A stretch of DNA of 64,000 bases from Sedimentisphaerales bacterium (GCA_963663965.2 CAXXFK010000018.1:1-64000), one strand, 5' to 3'. Positions 41,666 to 52,920 are shown, counted from the stretch's first letter. The notes: generated by a model from the sequence alone, not told the origin. Made by a program: numbers and translations.

Positions 41666-43055
41666 TCAGTTTGCCCCGGTCTTTTTCCTGGCGGGCGCCA
41701 TGGCGGGATCCGGCCAGTCAGGATCGGGTGTTCTAGCGGCATTCATCATCTCTATCGCCCTGGCGACGAGATCAGGATGCGTTGCGGCGAGATCTCTGGT
41801 CTCGCCGAGATCATTGGAAAGGTTGTATAACTCGACCTTACCGCCCGGACTGGGCCGAACCGCTTTCCAATCGCCCCAGCGAATGGCTTGAATGCTGCGT
41901 CCTTCATGCAATTCCAATAGAAGTAATCTCGTTTGGGAGCAGGCCCCCCTTTAAGAAACTCGACAAGAGAGTAACCATCGGTCTGGAATCCTTTGGGAAT
42001 CTCGGCATGGCCAAGTTCGGCGAAGGTCGGTAGAAGATCCCAGAATGCCCAGGGTTCATCGGTAACGCGTCCGGCCGGCACCGTACCGGGCCACCAGGCG
42101 AAAGCGGCCTGTCGCAGACCGCCTTCATACATGCCGCGTTTGAAGCCACGCAGCTTGCCATCCATCGTTTGGTTAAACCGTTTTGCCCAGCGGCGTATTG
42201 GGAGCGAATGACGAACCGTTGTCTCCCGCGAAAATAATCAGCGTATTCTCGGCAATGCCTTTCTTTTTGAGTAAGTCCACAAGTTCACCGACGTTGGCGT
42301 CCAGGCGCGAGGACCATGGCCGCGTAGTTTTTTTCTTTTTCAGTCCAGGGTTTGTCGGCATAGATCCCCTGGCTGTCGATCTCGAATTGGCCGTGTGGCA
42401 GAGTGATGGCAATAAAACAGGAAGAAGGGTTCCCCGGCATGTTCCTCGACCCAATTGAGTACTTCCTGCTGTATAAGATTCTGGGCGTAGACGTTCTTGC
42501 CATTGCGGTTTTCGGGTATTTCGAACGATTTATCGTCGTTGTAAAGTCGGGTCGGGAAATAGTTGTGCGCGTGACGCTGGCAATTGTAACCATAGAAATG
42601 GTCGATCCCGTTTTTAAATGGGCTGCCGGAGGTATCGAACATACCCATGCCCCATTTACCCATGGTCGCTGTCTGATAGCCGGCGGACTTGAGAATTCTG
42701 GCCACGGTAACGGTGTTTTCCGGAAGCGGCCGCTGGCCTTCGGGCTGAATCTCGCGATTGGCCCGAATCGGGCAGTGGCCGGTGTGCAGGCCGGGTAAAG
42801 AAGGAGGAGCGGGAGGGTGCACAGACGGTGGTACCGGAGTAGGCGGACAGATAGCGCGTGCCTTCCTGGCATAACCGGTCCAGATTGGGGGTCTTGATCA
42901 GCTTCTGGCCATAGGCGCCCACATCCCCCTGGGCAATAATCGTCTGATAGAATGAAAATAAGGTTTGGCTTCCGGGTATCTGTTTCTACCGCCAGACATT
43001 GCGTCCAGGCCAGTGCAATGATTCCAAGAAGTTTTAGAAAGTTTAGTCGATTCAT
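41666..43055 (-). CDS. Arylsulfatase (formylglycine-dependent), multiply frameshifted
   Basis: [36 protein letters not shown] and [11 protein letters not shown] motifs in successive frames. Confidence 0.85.
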
Positions 43056-43226
43056 TTTATTCTTCCTGTTTATAGCTGTTTATTGTCTTTCGATGGGATT
43101 AAAACCAGGTGGTTGATCTTTGGAAACAATCACGCATACCACTTACTTATCCATTGTTTGAGGCCTGTATTATAAGATAAGGAAGCTGTCTCGCAACGAA
43201 AAAATACTCCAATGATTCCCTTTATG

Positions 43227-43558
43227 CTATTCACCCAGGAAGTCTTTGCGGATGGGGGTGAAGGTTGTCGAGGATGGCGCCGGCTTCCAATGCGACAACG
43301 CCGTGGGTCTGGCCGGGGGTGGCGTAATAGCAGTCGCCGGGGCCCAGTATTTTGGTTTCGTCGCCGACCTGGACTTCGAAGCGGCCGCTGACGATATAAC
43401 CGATCTGTTGATGGATATCGTGACTGTGGGGCGCGCCGATTCCGCCGGCGGCGGAAACGGAACTCCACCAGCATGAGACCGCCGGCGTAGCCCAGCACCC
43501 GACGGGATACTTTGTCATCCAGTTGTTCAAATGGTGTGGTTTGGTTAGTGATGATCAT
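43227..43558 (-). CDS. Cupin-domain protein (frameshifted)
   Basis: VSRRVLGYAGGLMLVEFRF then GAPHSHD.HQQIGYIVSGRFEV..HGVVALEAG, ending ..DFLGE*. Confidence 0.8.
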
Positions 43559-43567
43559 GAGAGCCTC

Positions 43568-44425
43568 TTATGGAACGAATTTTGGGTTGGTTTTCTTGTA
43601 GTTGTTGAGAGGATGGTTGCTTCCATTTTCCACTGAGAAAATGACACAAGCTATCCGTGTCGGGGCCCAGATTGGAGACCAGCCGACAATAGTCGCATTT
43701 AAAATGGAAATGGTAGAAAGGGCTTTTTCATCGACAGGATGATCCGTACGCCAGCTATAGCCGCAGCCCGGGCATTTGCGTTTTACTTCATCCTGAGGCG
43801 GCTCCTGGTAGCGCATGAGGAAATAGTAGGTGGGGGATGGCCGTGATGGTTTCGATCCGTTTACAGAGTTCACGACCTAGCCGGGATAGTTCGGAGTCGG
43901 GTGTGGCCAGGTTGCTGACAGGCGAGGATTTTCAGTTCACTGGAATTGGACCAGATTGAATTTAAATTTCGATATTGGTTTTGCCAGAGATGGATGTCAT
44001 TATGTAGCTGCTCATTATTGTTCAGTAAATAAGCGGGGATTTGTAGGCCATTATCTCCCCGGTGCAGGGCGGTTCGGAATCCATTAGATTGGTAAACAGG
44101 AATAAAAAATGGGCATGTGTCCAGGTGGTATCCCGTTTGGGCGCGAAATCATCCAGTAGCTGCCAATCGGGCGCTTTACCAAAGCAATGGATTATCTCAT
44201 CCAGCAGTTTCGATCCACTGGAGCTGTGATATTGTCGGGCCGGGCCTGGGCGCCCAGGGCGTTGAGATAGACACACAGGTTGCCAATTCTGCATGACCAG
44301 CGAGTATTCCTCGAAAATCTGACCATTTCGAATCAAACTGGATAGATAGTTTTGGAATCAGAAAAAAGGGCCTTATCATGACTTGATTGGGGTTCGGGGC
44401 CAAAGGTGAGTTTATAGAAAGTCAT
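43568..44425 (-). CDS. DUF2310-like Zn-ribbon protein, paralog 3 (frameshifted)
   Basis: Starts MTFYKLTFGPEP; contains IRNGQIFEEYSL, FLFLFTN and YYFLMRY..RKCPGCG; homologous to the two upstream copies. Confidence 0.7.
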
Positions 44426-44432
44426 ATGGGTA

Positions 44433-45273
44433 TTATTTCTTTGGGTTCTTTGAAGATTTCCATTCTCCAATAAACGGCATGGCGTTGGTCGTCGGTATCA
44501 TAGCCAATATGGGAACCAGTCGACAATGGTTGCATTTGAAATGGAAATGGCCAAAACGGGTTTTTGTCATCGATGGCATGACCGGTACGGCCAATTGCGG
44601 CCGCAACCCGGGGCATTTGCGTTTTTCTTCGCCCTGACGCCGGCCCCAGAGTAACGCATGAGAGGTAATAAAATGTGGGGGATAGTCGTAATCGTTTCTA
44701 TCTGATTCACAGAGTTCACGGCCCGCATCGAGATAATTCGCTGCCGGGGTGTTGGCCAGTTGTTTATAGGCGGGGATTTCCAATTCACCTGAGCCCATCC
44801 AGATGGAATCAAGGTTACGATAAGAGCCTTGCCAGAAGCGGACACCATTGGGAAAGATCTCATCATTTTTTCAGACGGTAAACCGGGATTGGACGGCCAT
44901 TATCTCCCCGGCATAGCGGAGATTCGGAATCCAGAAAATGGGTAAACAAAAACAGGAAGGGTGCTTTTGTCCAGGTGGTATCCCGTCTGAGCGCTTCATC
45001 ATCCAGTAGCTGCCAATCGGGCGCTTTACCGAAGAAATCAATAATCTCATCCAGCAGTTTTAATCCGTAAGAACTATGATACTTTCGTGCCTTGGCCTGC
45101 GGACCCAGAGCGGACAGATAGACACATAAATTGCCCTTTTGTACGGCCAGGGAATATTCGTCGAAAATCTGACCATTTCGAATCAAACTGGATAGATAGT
45201 TTTCGATAAGATCGACGATTGTTTTTCGATGTGATTTGGGTTTGGGGCCGAAGGTTAGTTTATAGGGAATCAT
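44433..45273 (-). CDS. DUF2310-like Zn-ribbon protein, paralog 2 (frameshifted)
   Basis: MIPYKLTFGP..RNGQI..IPVYRL; ELEIPAYKQL; RKCPG..FHFKCNHCRLV. Confidence 0.75.
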
Positions 45274-45280
45274 TTCAGTG

Positions 45281-46096
45281 TTATTCCTTTAAAGGTTTCC
45301 ATTCTCCAATAACGGCATAGCGCTGATTGTCATAACAGCAATCGGCCAGATGGGAGACGAATCGGCAGTGATCGCATTTAAAATGAAAATGATGAAACGA
45401 GGGGTTGTCGACATGATGTATTGTACGCCAGTTGCGGCCGCAACCCGGGCATTTGCGTTTTTCTTCGCCCTGACGCCGGCCCCAGTAACGCATCAGGTAA
45501 TAATACACAGGAATACCAATGGCATTTTCAATATACTGGCAGATATCCCTGCCCTGGGTTGACAGATCACTGTCAGGCGATGCTAATTCTTTATAGGATG
45601 GAATTTCAAGGGCTCTGCTCATGTACCATATAGATTCGAAGTTCTGATAGGCACGCTTCCAGAAATAAATCATTTCCCGATGTTCGTGCTTACCCGGTAC
45701 GCGGTAAAGAGGAATGGTTCTGCCGTTATCTCCCCGGTAAAGCGGTGAATCCCATTCGGAACAGAATGTCAGGTAAAGGAATGGGGCTTTTGTCCAGGTT
45801 GTATCCTGTTTGGGCGAATCATCATCGATTAAGTCCCATTGAGGCTCTTGTTTAAATAGATATACGATTTCTTTTAACCATTTGCGTCCATATTGGCAAT
45901 GATATCTTTTGTTCCGGGCCTGGATGCCGGCGGTTGGCAGATACGCCTGTAATTGGTCTTTATGCATTGTTAACAACCAGTCGCCGTAAAGCTGGCCGTT
46001 ATGGGCAAGTGCAGAGAGATAGTAATCAATTAATTCCTCGGCTTTATTGCGTTGATGAGCGGGGATACTGCCGAATGTGACTTTGTAGAGAATCAT
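45281..46096 (-). CDS. DUF2310-like Zn-ribbon protein, paralog 1 (intact)
   Basis: NGQ, IPLYR and IPVYYYLMRY..RKCPGCGRNW..FHFKCDHCRFVSH (two CxxC). Start MILYK at 46096. Confidence 0.82.
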   Translation of the reverse strand: MILYKVTFGSIPAHQRNKAEELIDYYLSALAHNGQLYGDWLLTMHKDQLQAYLPTAGIQARNKRYHCQYGRKWLKEIVYLFKQEPQWDLIDDDSPKQDTTWTKAPFLYLTFCSEWDSPLYRGDNGRTIPLYRVPGKHEHREMIYFWKRAYQNFESIWYMSRALEIPSYKELASPDSDLSTQGRDICQYIENAIGIPVYYYLMRYWGRRQGEEKRKCPGCGRNWRTIHHVDNPSFHHFHFKCDHCRFVSHLADCCYDNQRYAVIGEWKPLKE

Positions 46097-46100
46097 ATTC

Positions 46101-46694
46101 TTATTCCCGAAAATGGTGTTCGATGACCTCTTTAACTTTTTCCAGCCACGCTTGACGTTGTTGTTCGGAGCTGGTGACCAGGACACGGAACATTTCGCGA
46201 TAGAAGGTGGGGACGCCGCAGAGGTCGAAGATGCAGTTTTTCCAGAGCAATTGGAGCGGGTCGCCGAAGATTTCAGTTTCACGTTGTTCGGGGGTGTTGG
46301 CGGTATTGAAGATGATAGCGGTCCGGGCCTTGAGCAGGCCGACGGGGACTCCTTCGCCCTGATCGTCTTCGAGGAATTTATAAGCCACTTGCGGCCGGAT
46401 CACCCGGTCCACCCAGCCTTTGAGCATGGCCGGCGGCTGGCCCCACCAGTTGGGGTGCACAATGACAATACCATCGGCGTCGGCCAGTTCCGCGCAGTGG
46501 CGGGCGATGGCGTCGGGCAGGGGGGCGGAAGATGGAATCTCATCAGCCGGTAAGATCGGATCGAATTTTTCCGCGTAGAGATCGTGGAATGTAACCTGAT
46601 GGCCCAGACTTTCCAACTGCCGGACTGCCGTTTCAGCGATGGCGTGGTTAAAACTTTTGGGATCGGGATGCGCCAGAATGACGGAGATATCCAT
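46101..46694 (-). CDS. NAD(P)H-dependent oxidoreductase, flavodoxin-like fold (quinone reductase family)
   Basis: ILAHPDPKSFN, DLYAEKFDP and HPNWWGQPPAMLKGWVDRV motifs. Confidence 0.92.
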   Translation of the reverse strand: MDISVILAHPDPKSFNHAIAETAVRQLESLGHQVTFHDLYAEKFDPILPADEIPSSAPLPDAIARHCAELADADGIVIVHPNWWGQPPAMLKGWVDRVIRPQVAYKFLEDDQGEGVPVGLLKARTAIIFNTANTPEQRETEIFGDPLQLLWKNCIFDLCGVPTFYREMFRVLVTSSEQQRQAWLEKVKEVIEHHFRE

Positions 46695-46755
46695 ACAAAA
46701 CTCCTGTTAAGCTTCAGCCGGATCATTTTATTCCGAAATTGCAGCTATTCTCGTT

Positions 46756-47058
46756 TTATTTAAACAAACAATAGAATTTGAATGGTTTGGGCCATTCTTC
46801 GCGCGGTTTGAACGCGATAGCTATTTCCTGATGATCAAGGGCTGATTCAGTGATAATAACATGATCGGGGCATTCTTTGGCTTTTTCAAATTCTTTGTCG
46901 CTAACCCGGCAAACCGCCTTGTAAAATGAACCAGACAGCCACTGGATAATTTCCGGGCTGTCTTTGAATTTCAGATAGGCTGCCAGTGAAGCATGGGCGG
47001 CCGCTAATACGGCATAGCCGACAGGAACATCCTCCCTGATCAGAATATACATCTTCAT
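46756..47058 (-). CDS. Peptidyl-tRNA hydrolase PTH2-like protein
   Basis: KMYILIREDVPVG..AAHAS..W..FYKAVCRV pattern. Confidence 0.65.
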   Translation of the reverse strand: MKMYILIREDVPVGYAVLAAAHASLAAYLKFKDSPEIIQWLSGSFYKAVCRVSDKEFEKAKECPDHVIITESALDHQEIAIAFKPREEWPKPFKFYCLFK

Positions 47059-47078
47059 GGTGTTTGGGTGGTTCTGGT

Positions 47079-47465
47079 TTATTGTTGTTTATAAGTAATC
47101 GCGCAAAGGACCGCGCCCTGGGGGTCTTGCAGGACGCAGAAGCGGCCGATGTTGGGGATATCCATGGGCGGGCGGAGGATTTTACCGCCCAGTTGTTCGA
47201 CTTTGGCGGCGGTGGCGTCCACATCATCGACGGTGATATAGATTCCCCAGCAGGGTGGCATGGGGCCGCATTCCGGCGGCTGTTTCATGATACCGCCGGT
47301 TTCATCGCCGTTGACTTTTAAGAGGGTATAGGACATGCCTTCCATGGGGTAGTCCTGGGTTTCCCAGCCGAACAGTTCGGCATAAAACGATTTGGCCGCT
47401 TCCTGGTCGGTTGTCATCAGTTCAAACCAGCCGAACGCGCCATGTTTTAGAGCTTCAGGTTTCAT
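47079..47465 (-). CDS. VOC/glyoxalase family protein
   Basis: WFELMTTD..AKSFYAELFGW..YITVDDVD..DPQGA. Confidence 0.92.
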   Translation of the reverse strand: MKPEALKHGAFGWFELMTTDQEAAKSFYAELFGWETQDYPMEGMSYTLLKVNGDETGGIMKQPPECGPMPPCWGIYITVDDVDATAAKVEQLGGKILRPPMDIPNIGRFCVLQDPQGAVLCAITYKQQ

Positions 47466-47784
47466 AAGACCGTCTCCTTCAATAAAATTAGTTACGGGAT
47501 AATCTTTCACGCCAATACCCGGCCCGAATTTCCCTTTTTCATGGACTGGGTGGCCTGATGATAATGCAAATGGAGTATAATGCAACCTTTATAATGATTT
47601 TTGCAAGAACGGGCTGGGCGGCCCGCAAGGACAGGGGATTTGTCTTGTTATTCAGTAAAAGCTTTTTATAATATTCAGGAGCAGCCACGTAGTCCGGCGG
47701 GGCGATTAACACGCCGATTACTAAACCTTGTCCGGCCGTCGATAGGGCTGTCAGGGCCGGGATCAATGAATCTGGAAATGTGAT

Positions 47785-49149
47785 ATGTTTGAAGATGATG
47801 AGACAATGAATGTGTTGCGGGATGCCCTGGAGCTTTCGCCGGAAAATATGATTCTGCGTACCCAGTACGCGCGGTTACTGATGGGGCGCGGGCATCTGGA
47901 TGACGCGGAACAGGTTTTGCGGGATGGGCTGGCGCTATCCGCGCAGAGCGAGACACTGAAGATAGCCCTGGCCGACTGTTATCGACGGAAAGGCAACACC
48001 TCGGCGGCGCTGGTCATTATTGAAGAAATGATCAAGCATCCCGGTTGCAAGCCGGCCCTGTTTATTCAATATGCCCGGTTGCTGCTGGCGAAAGGTCAGC
48101 CCGATCAGGCCGCCCGGGCCTATCGGCGGGCGGTTGAGACTGACGCGAATCTGGCAGACGCAGAGCTGGCGGAGTTGCTGGGGGTTAATGAGAAGAATAC
48201 CTTATGGCAGGATCCGGCCGAGGTGGATGAAGAAGGGCGGGTGCGCCAGTTTGCCGATGAGCCGGGTGATGATGATCTGATTGCCGAAATGGAAAAGCCA
48301 GATATCAATTTTAAGGATGTCGGCGGCATGGAGGAGGTCAAAGAACAGATTCGCATGAAGATCATCGCGCCGATGCAGAACCCGGAGATTTTTCAGGCTT
48401 ATGGCAAGCCGATTGGCGGCAGTCTGCTGCTTTATGGCCCGCCGGGTTGCGGCAAGACCCACATTGCCCGCGCGACTGCCGGAGAGATTTCGGCGGGTTT
48501 TTTCGCGATCGGATTGCATCATGTGCTGGATATGTACATTGGCAACAGTGAGCAGCGTTTGCACGCCCTGTTTGAAAATGCGCGTGAGCATACGCCTTGT
48601 GTGTTGTTTTTCGATGAGGTGGACGCCCTGGCGGCCAGCCGGTCGGATATGCGTTCCAGCGCCGGGCGGCATCTGATTAACCAGTTTCTTTCGGAACTGG
48701 ATGGGATCGACAGCACCAATGAAGGCATCCTGATCCTGGCCGCGACCAACGCGCCCTGGCATCTGGACAGCGCTTTTCGGCGGCCGGGGAGGTTTGACCG
48801 GATGCAGTTTGTACCGCCACCGGACGCGCCGGCGCGGGCTTCGATTTTGCGGGTTCAGCTCAGCGGCAAGCCCCAGGAAGATATTGATTATTTTGCCGTG
48901 GCCAACAAGACGGATAAATTTTCGGGCGCGGATCTCAAGGCGGTAGTGGATACCGCGATCGAACAGAAGCTGAGCGAAGCGCTGAAAAAAGGCAATCCGC
49001 AGCCTTTGCGGACGAAAGACCTGGTCCAGGCGGCCAAGACCATCAAACCCTCCACGGCGTCCTGGTTTGCCTCGGCGCGTAATTATGCCCTGTATGCCAA
49101 CGATGGCGGCATGTATGACGATATCCTGGACTATTTAAAACTGAAATAA
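47785..49149 (+). CDS. TPR-containing AAA+ ATPase
   Basis: N-terminal TPRs, Walker A GPPGCGKT, Walker B LFFDEVD and SRH ATNAPW..RRPGRFD. Confidence 0.93.
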   Translation: MFEDDETMNVLRDALELSPENMILRTQYARLLMGRGHLDDAEQVLRDGLALSAQSETLKIALADCYRRKGNTSAALVIIEEMIKHPGCKPALFIQYARLLLAKGQPDQAARAYRRAVETDANLADAELAELLGVNEKNTLWQDPAEVDEEGRVRQFADEPGDDDLIAEMEKPDINFKDVGGMEEVKEQIRMKIIAPMQNPEIFQAYGKPIGGSLLLYGPPGCGKTHIARATAGEISAGFFAIGLHHVLDMYIGNSEQRLHALFENAREHTPCVLFFDEVDALAASRSDMRSSAGRHLINQFLSELDGIDSTNEGILILAATNAPWHLDSAFRRPGRFDRMQFVPPPDAPARASILRVQLSGKPQEDIDYFAVANKTDKFSGADLKAVVDTAIEQKLSEALKKGNPQPLRTKDLVQAAKTIKPSTASWFASARNYALYANDGGMYDDILDYLKLK

Positions 49150-49167
49150 CCGGAACGAGATTAAACT

Positions 49168-50418
49168 ATGAATAGCCGCATCATGATATTAATGCAGCAA
49201 TCGCGCTACGATCTGGCAGAGCAGGAGCTGCGCCAGTATCTGGCACAGAATATGGATGACGCGCACTGCCATGCGCTGCTGGCCTTTTGTCTGAATCAGC
49301 TGAAGCGCTATGAGGAGGCCCAGGAGGTGGTTGGCAAGGCCATCGCGCTGGATCCGGAGCACAGTTTCAGTTTTTATGTACTGGCCCGGATCAAGATTTC
49401 GTTGAAAGACCTGAAAGCCGGCCGGGAAGCGATCGATCAAGCGATCCGGCTGGCGCCGGAAGAGAGCGAATATTACGGGATGCTGGCGTTGATCTATTTA
49501 CAGGCGCAGCGCTGGCAACAGGCGCTGGATGCGGCCAATGAGGGATTGCGGTTCGATCCAACCGATCAGGACTGTTTGAATTTCCGTTCCATGGCGCTGA
49601 CCAAGCTGAATCGGCATGATGAGGCGCAGCAATCGATCCATCAGACGCTAAGGGAAAATCCGCAGAATGAGATGGCGCATGCCAATATCGGCTGGGCGGC
49701 GCTGCATCGCGGCGATCATAAAGCCGCGTTGGAACATTTCAGCGAGGCGCTGCACATCAATCCGAATCTGGATTGGGCCCGTATGGGACTGGTAGAGGCG
49801 CTCAAGGCCCGTTATTGGATCTACCGGATCATTTTAAAGTTTTTCCTCTGGATGACGACGCTGCCACCCCAATACCGGGTCGGGCTGATTTTCGGTTTGT
49901 TTATTCTGATGCGAGCGCTGGATGCGTTTTCAGAGCGCAATCCGGCGCTGACCCCGTTTATTCAACCGGTACTTACTTTTTATATGTTTTTTGTTCTGCT
50001 GACCTGGCTGGCTGTGCCGCTGTTCAACTGGATTATCGGATTCAATAAGTTTGGGCGGCATGCGCTATCGAAAAGTCAGAAAAACCAGGGAGTGATTTTT
50101 GGCCTCTTTTTTATTTCCCTGCTGTTGTCAATTGCGGCCGGTTTTGTGACTCATATTGAACTGTTTTTCCAGGTCGCGTTATGCCTGGGTATTCTGATTA
50201 TACCCAGTACTCATGTGTTTAATCATATGGAAAAAGGAATCCCGGTCCGGGCGGTTCTGTATGTCGTTGCGCTGGGGCTGACCGGCATTGGGTGGCTGGT
50301 GGCATCCGGTCTGGGGCGGGAATCCCTGTCCAGTTCGTTGTTTGGGCTGTTTATTCTGGGATTTGTTTTTTATACCTGGGCCGGTTCTTTGCTGGGTTTA
50401 AAGACCCGGGCGGTTTGA
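49168..50418 (+). CDS. Tetratricopeptide-repeat membrane protein
   Basis: About six TPR units followed by about six TM helices; starts 18 nt after the ATPase. Confidence 0.85.
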   Translation: MNSRIMILMQQSRYDLAEQELRQYLAQNMDDAHCHALLAFCLNQLKRYEEAQEVVGKAIALDPEHSFSFYVLARIKISLKDLKAGREAIDQAIRLAPEESEYYGMLALIYLQAQRWQQALDAANEGLRFDPTDQDCLNFRSMALTKLNRHDEAQQSIHQTLRENPQNEMAHANIGWAALHRGDHKAALEHFSEALHINPNLDWARMGLVEALKARYWIYRIILKFFLWMTTLPPQYRVGLIFGLFILMRALDAFSERNPALTPFIQPVLTFYMFFVLLTWLAVPLFNWIIGFNKFGRHALSKSQKNQGVIFGLFFISLLLSIAAGFVTHIELFFQVALCLGILIIPSTHVFNHMEKGIPVRAVLYVVALGLTGIGWLVASGLGRESLSSSLFGLFILGFVFYTWAGSLLGLKTRAV

Positions 50419-50640
50419 CTGTTTAAGATATCTAAAAAAAACCGACTATTATGGGACGTTATCGGCTATCGATCCGGTATATAAAGAAAAAACAAGATTG
50501 AATAGCACTGGGCGCCGATTAAATAAAGGTCCGACTAAACAGAATCGAAGGTATCCGGTGATTTCGATAAGAGAGGAAGCGAGATCAAGGAGTGGAATCT
50601 ATTCTTATTCAGATCGAAATATCAGGAGCTTTTTTGTCAA

Positions 50641-52920
50641 ATGGCTAAGAGCCGTCAGATAAATGGTGTTGTCTGGATTGTAATACTGGGGGTATTTTTA
50701 TGTTGCCGGGGTTATGGTCAGGAAGCCGGTTCCAAACGAATATACCATGTGTTGTTATTGAATTCGTATCATATCGGTCATCGCTGGTCTGACGATGTGA
50801 CTCAAGGAATTATTGAAACGCTGGGTGATGAGAGTAGTGATTCCATTGAATTATCCGTGGAATATATGGATACCATGCGCCTGGCGGATCAGGATCATCT
50901 GGAAATGCTGGCCGGATTGTATTCACATAAGTACAGCCAGTTACCGATCGACCTTATCATTGCCTGTGATAACAACGCACTGAATTTTGTATTGGCCTGT
51001 CGGGAGCAGGTATTTGACAATCTGCCGGTGGTTTTTTGCGGGATTAATGATTTTGAGCCGGAGATGATCGCCGGGCAAAAAAATATTACCGGCATCAATC
51101 AGTATCTGGAGGTGGCCGGGACCATTCGCATGGCTTTGAAGGTGCAGCCGGGTTTGCGCAAGATGCTGGTGATCAATGATGAAACCACGACCGGTCAGGC
51201 CAATCAGCTGTTGTTTGACAAGGCCAGGACGCAGTTTGAAAACCGGCTGACATTTGAAGTCGTTCGGCAGGTTAACCCGGATATTTTATTCGAGAAGCTG
51301 GGATCATTGGGGCCGGATTCAGCGGTTTTATTGTTCAAATATCATTATGACAGTACGGGGCGGTTTTACTCCGAGCCGGAATTCGTTCAGATGATACGCA
51401 CCCATTGCCGCCGACCGATCTATTCGTTCCAGGAACAGTTCATGGAGTTTGGGATAACCGGCGGCGAGGTCCTCAGCGGCAGGTTGCATGGCCAGGCGGC
51501 CGCCAAACTGGCATTGCGTATTTTGCGGGGCGAGCCGGCTGATTCGATTCCGGTACAGATGACCAGTCCGGTGGTTGAAGTGCTGGACTATCGACAGATC
51601 GTTGACTATGACCTGAAGACGGACAAGTTGTCTCCCCATTGTCACATTTTGAATCAGCCGCCCTCGCGATTCGAAAATTACCGCAAATGGATCTGGATCG
51701 CCTTCTGGATTATCCTGGTTCAATCGATTTATATTGTTATTCTGTTGGCTTTGAGGCGGAAACAGGCGCTCACCCAAGCCGCTTTACAGGTTAGCGAACA
51801 GGCCTTGCGGCGCGAACGGGATATTCTTAATCGGATATTGGAATCCAGCCCCAACGGCATCATGCTGGTCAGTCATACCGGGCGGTTAAGCTTTGCGAAT
51901 TCACAGGCTCGCCTGTTGCTGGGCATTTCGTCTGATCCGGAGACTGCTATCGATTTGAATCATCCGGATTGGGAAACCATTGATCTGGAAGGCGAGCCTG
52001 TGCCCAGAGAAAACCGGGCATTCTTTCAGATATTGAGTTCTGGAGGACGGCTTTATAATATCCAACACGGGATTCGGCGGCGGGATCATTCGACAGTTGT
52101 GGTTGCCATAAATGCCGCTCCTTTATATAATGAGAGCGGAAAGATTGACAACATAATTTTTATTTTTGAGGACATTACCAAACAAATCGCGGCAGCCAAA
52201 GAACGCGAGAAGTTGATTACGCAACTGGAATATAAGAATCAGGAGATGGAACAGTATATGTACACCTTCTCGCATGACCTTCGATCACCGCTGGTGTCGA
52301 TCGGAGGTTACCTGGGGATGATGCAGCAGGATATCGCGCAGGGAGCATTTGATAATATCAGCCGCTACTATCAGACCATTATCACCGCGCTGAATCAAAT
52401 GAATTGCCTGCTGGACGATCTACTGGCGTTATCCCGGGTGGGGCGTGTCCAAAGCATTGCCGAATCGGTGGATTTAAATGATCTGATCCAGGAAGTTATT
52501 GCGCTGGTGCATGGCCGGCTGTTCGGTCGTCAGATTGAATATCGTATTCAGGATCATCTTCCGGAGGTAAGCGGCGACCGTCATCGTTTTATCGAAGTCT
52601 TTCAGAACCTGATAGACAACGCCGCCAAGTATATGGGCAATCAGAGCCAACCCATCATCGAAATTGGCTGCGATGTTGAGAACAGTCATTATCGGTTCTG
52701 GGTGCGTGATAATGGTATCGGGATTTTGCCCCAATACCGTGAAAAAATCTTCAACCTGTTCGAGAAACTTGACCGTTCCACGGATGGTTCGGGTATGGGA
52801 CTGGCGATTGTGGAACGGATCGTCGAGTTATATGGGGGGACCATCTGGGTGGAATCGCCGGGGGCCGGCCAGGGATGTTGCTTTTATTTTACTTTGCCCA
52901 GAACCCATTCGGTGGTCTGA
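50641..52920 (+). CDS. Sensor histidine kinase (periplasmic binding-protein-like sensor, PAS, HisKA, HATPase)
   Basis: VLLLNSYH..PVVFCGIN sensor, TM, PAS, SHDLRSPL, NLIDNAAKY, DNGIGI and GSGMGL motifs. Confidence 0.92.
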   Translation: MAKSRQINGVVWIVILGVFLCCRGYGQEAGSKRIYHVLLLNSYHIGHRWSDDVTQGIIETLGDESSDSIELSVEYMDTMRLADQDHLEMLAGLYSHKYSQLPIDLIIACDNNALNFVLACREQVFDNLPVVFCGINDFEPEMIAGQKNITGINQYLEVAGTIRMALKVQPGLRKMLVINDETTTGQANQLLFDKARTQFENRLTFEVVRQVNPDILFEKLGSLGPDSAVLLFKYHYDSTGRFYSEPEFVQMIRTHCRRPIYSFQEQFMEFGITGGEVLSGRLHGQAAAKLALRILRGEPADSIPVQMTSPVVEVLDYRQIVDYDLKTDKLSPHCHILNQPPSRFENYRKWIWIAFWIILVQSIYIVILLALRRKQALTQAALQVSEQALRRERDILNRILESSPNGIMLVSHTGRLSFANSQARLLLGISSDPETAIDLNHPDWETIDLEGEPVPRENRAFFQILSSGGRLYNIQHGIRRRDHSTVVVAINAAPLYNESGKIDNIIFIFEDITKQIAAAKEREKLITQLEYKNQEMEQYMYTFSHDLRSPLVSIGGYLGMMQQDIAQGAFDNISRYYQTIITALNQMNCLLDDLLALSRVGRVQSIAESVDLNDLIQEVIALVHGRLFGRQIEYRIQDHLPEVSGDRHRFIEVFQNLIDNAAKYMGNQSQPIIEIGCDVENSHYRFWVRDNGIGILPQYREKIFNLFEKLDRSTDGSGMGLAIVERIVELYGGTIWVESPGAGQGCCFYFTLPRTHSVV

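Noticed and set aside
46097..46282. N-terminal extension of the 333-aa ORF 45281..46282
   Set aside because: It overlaps the flavodoxin-fold gene, and paralog alignment puts the start at MILYK (46096).
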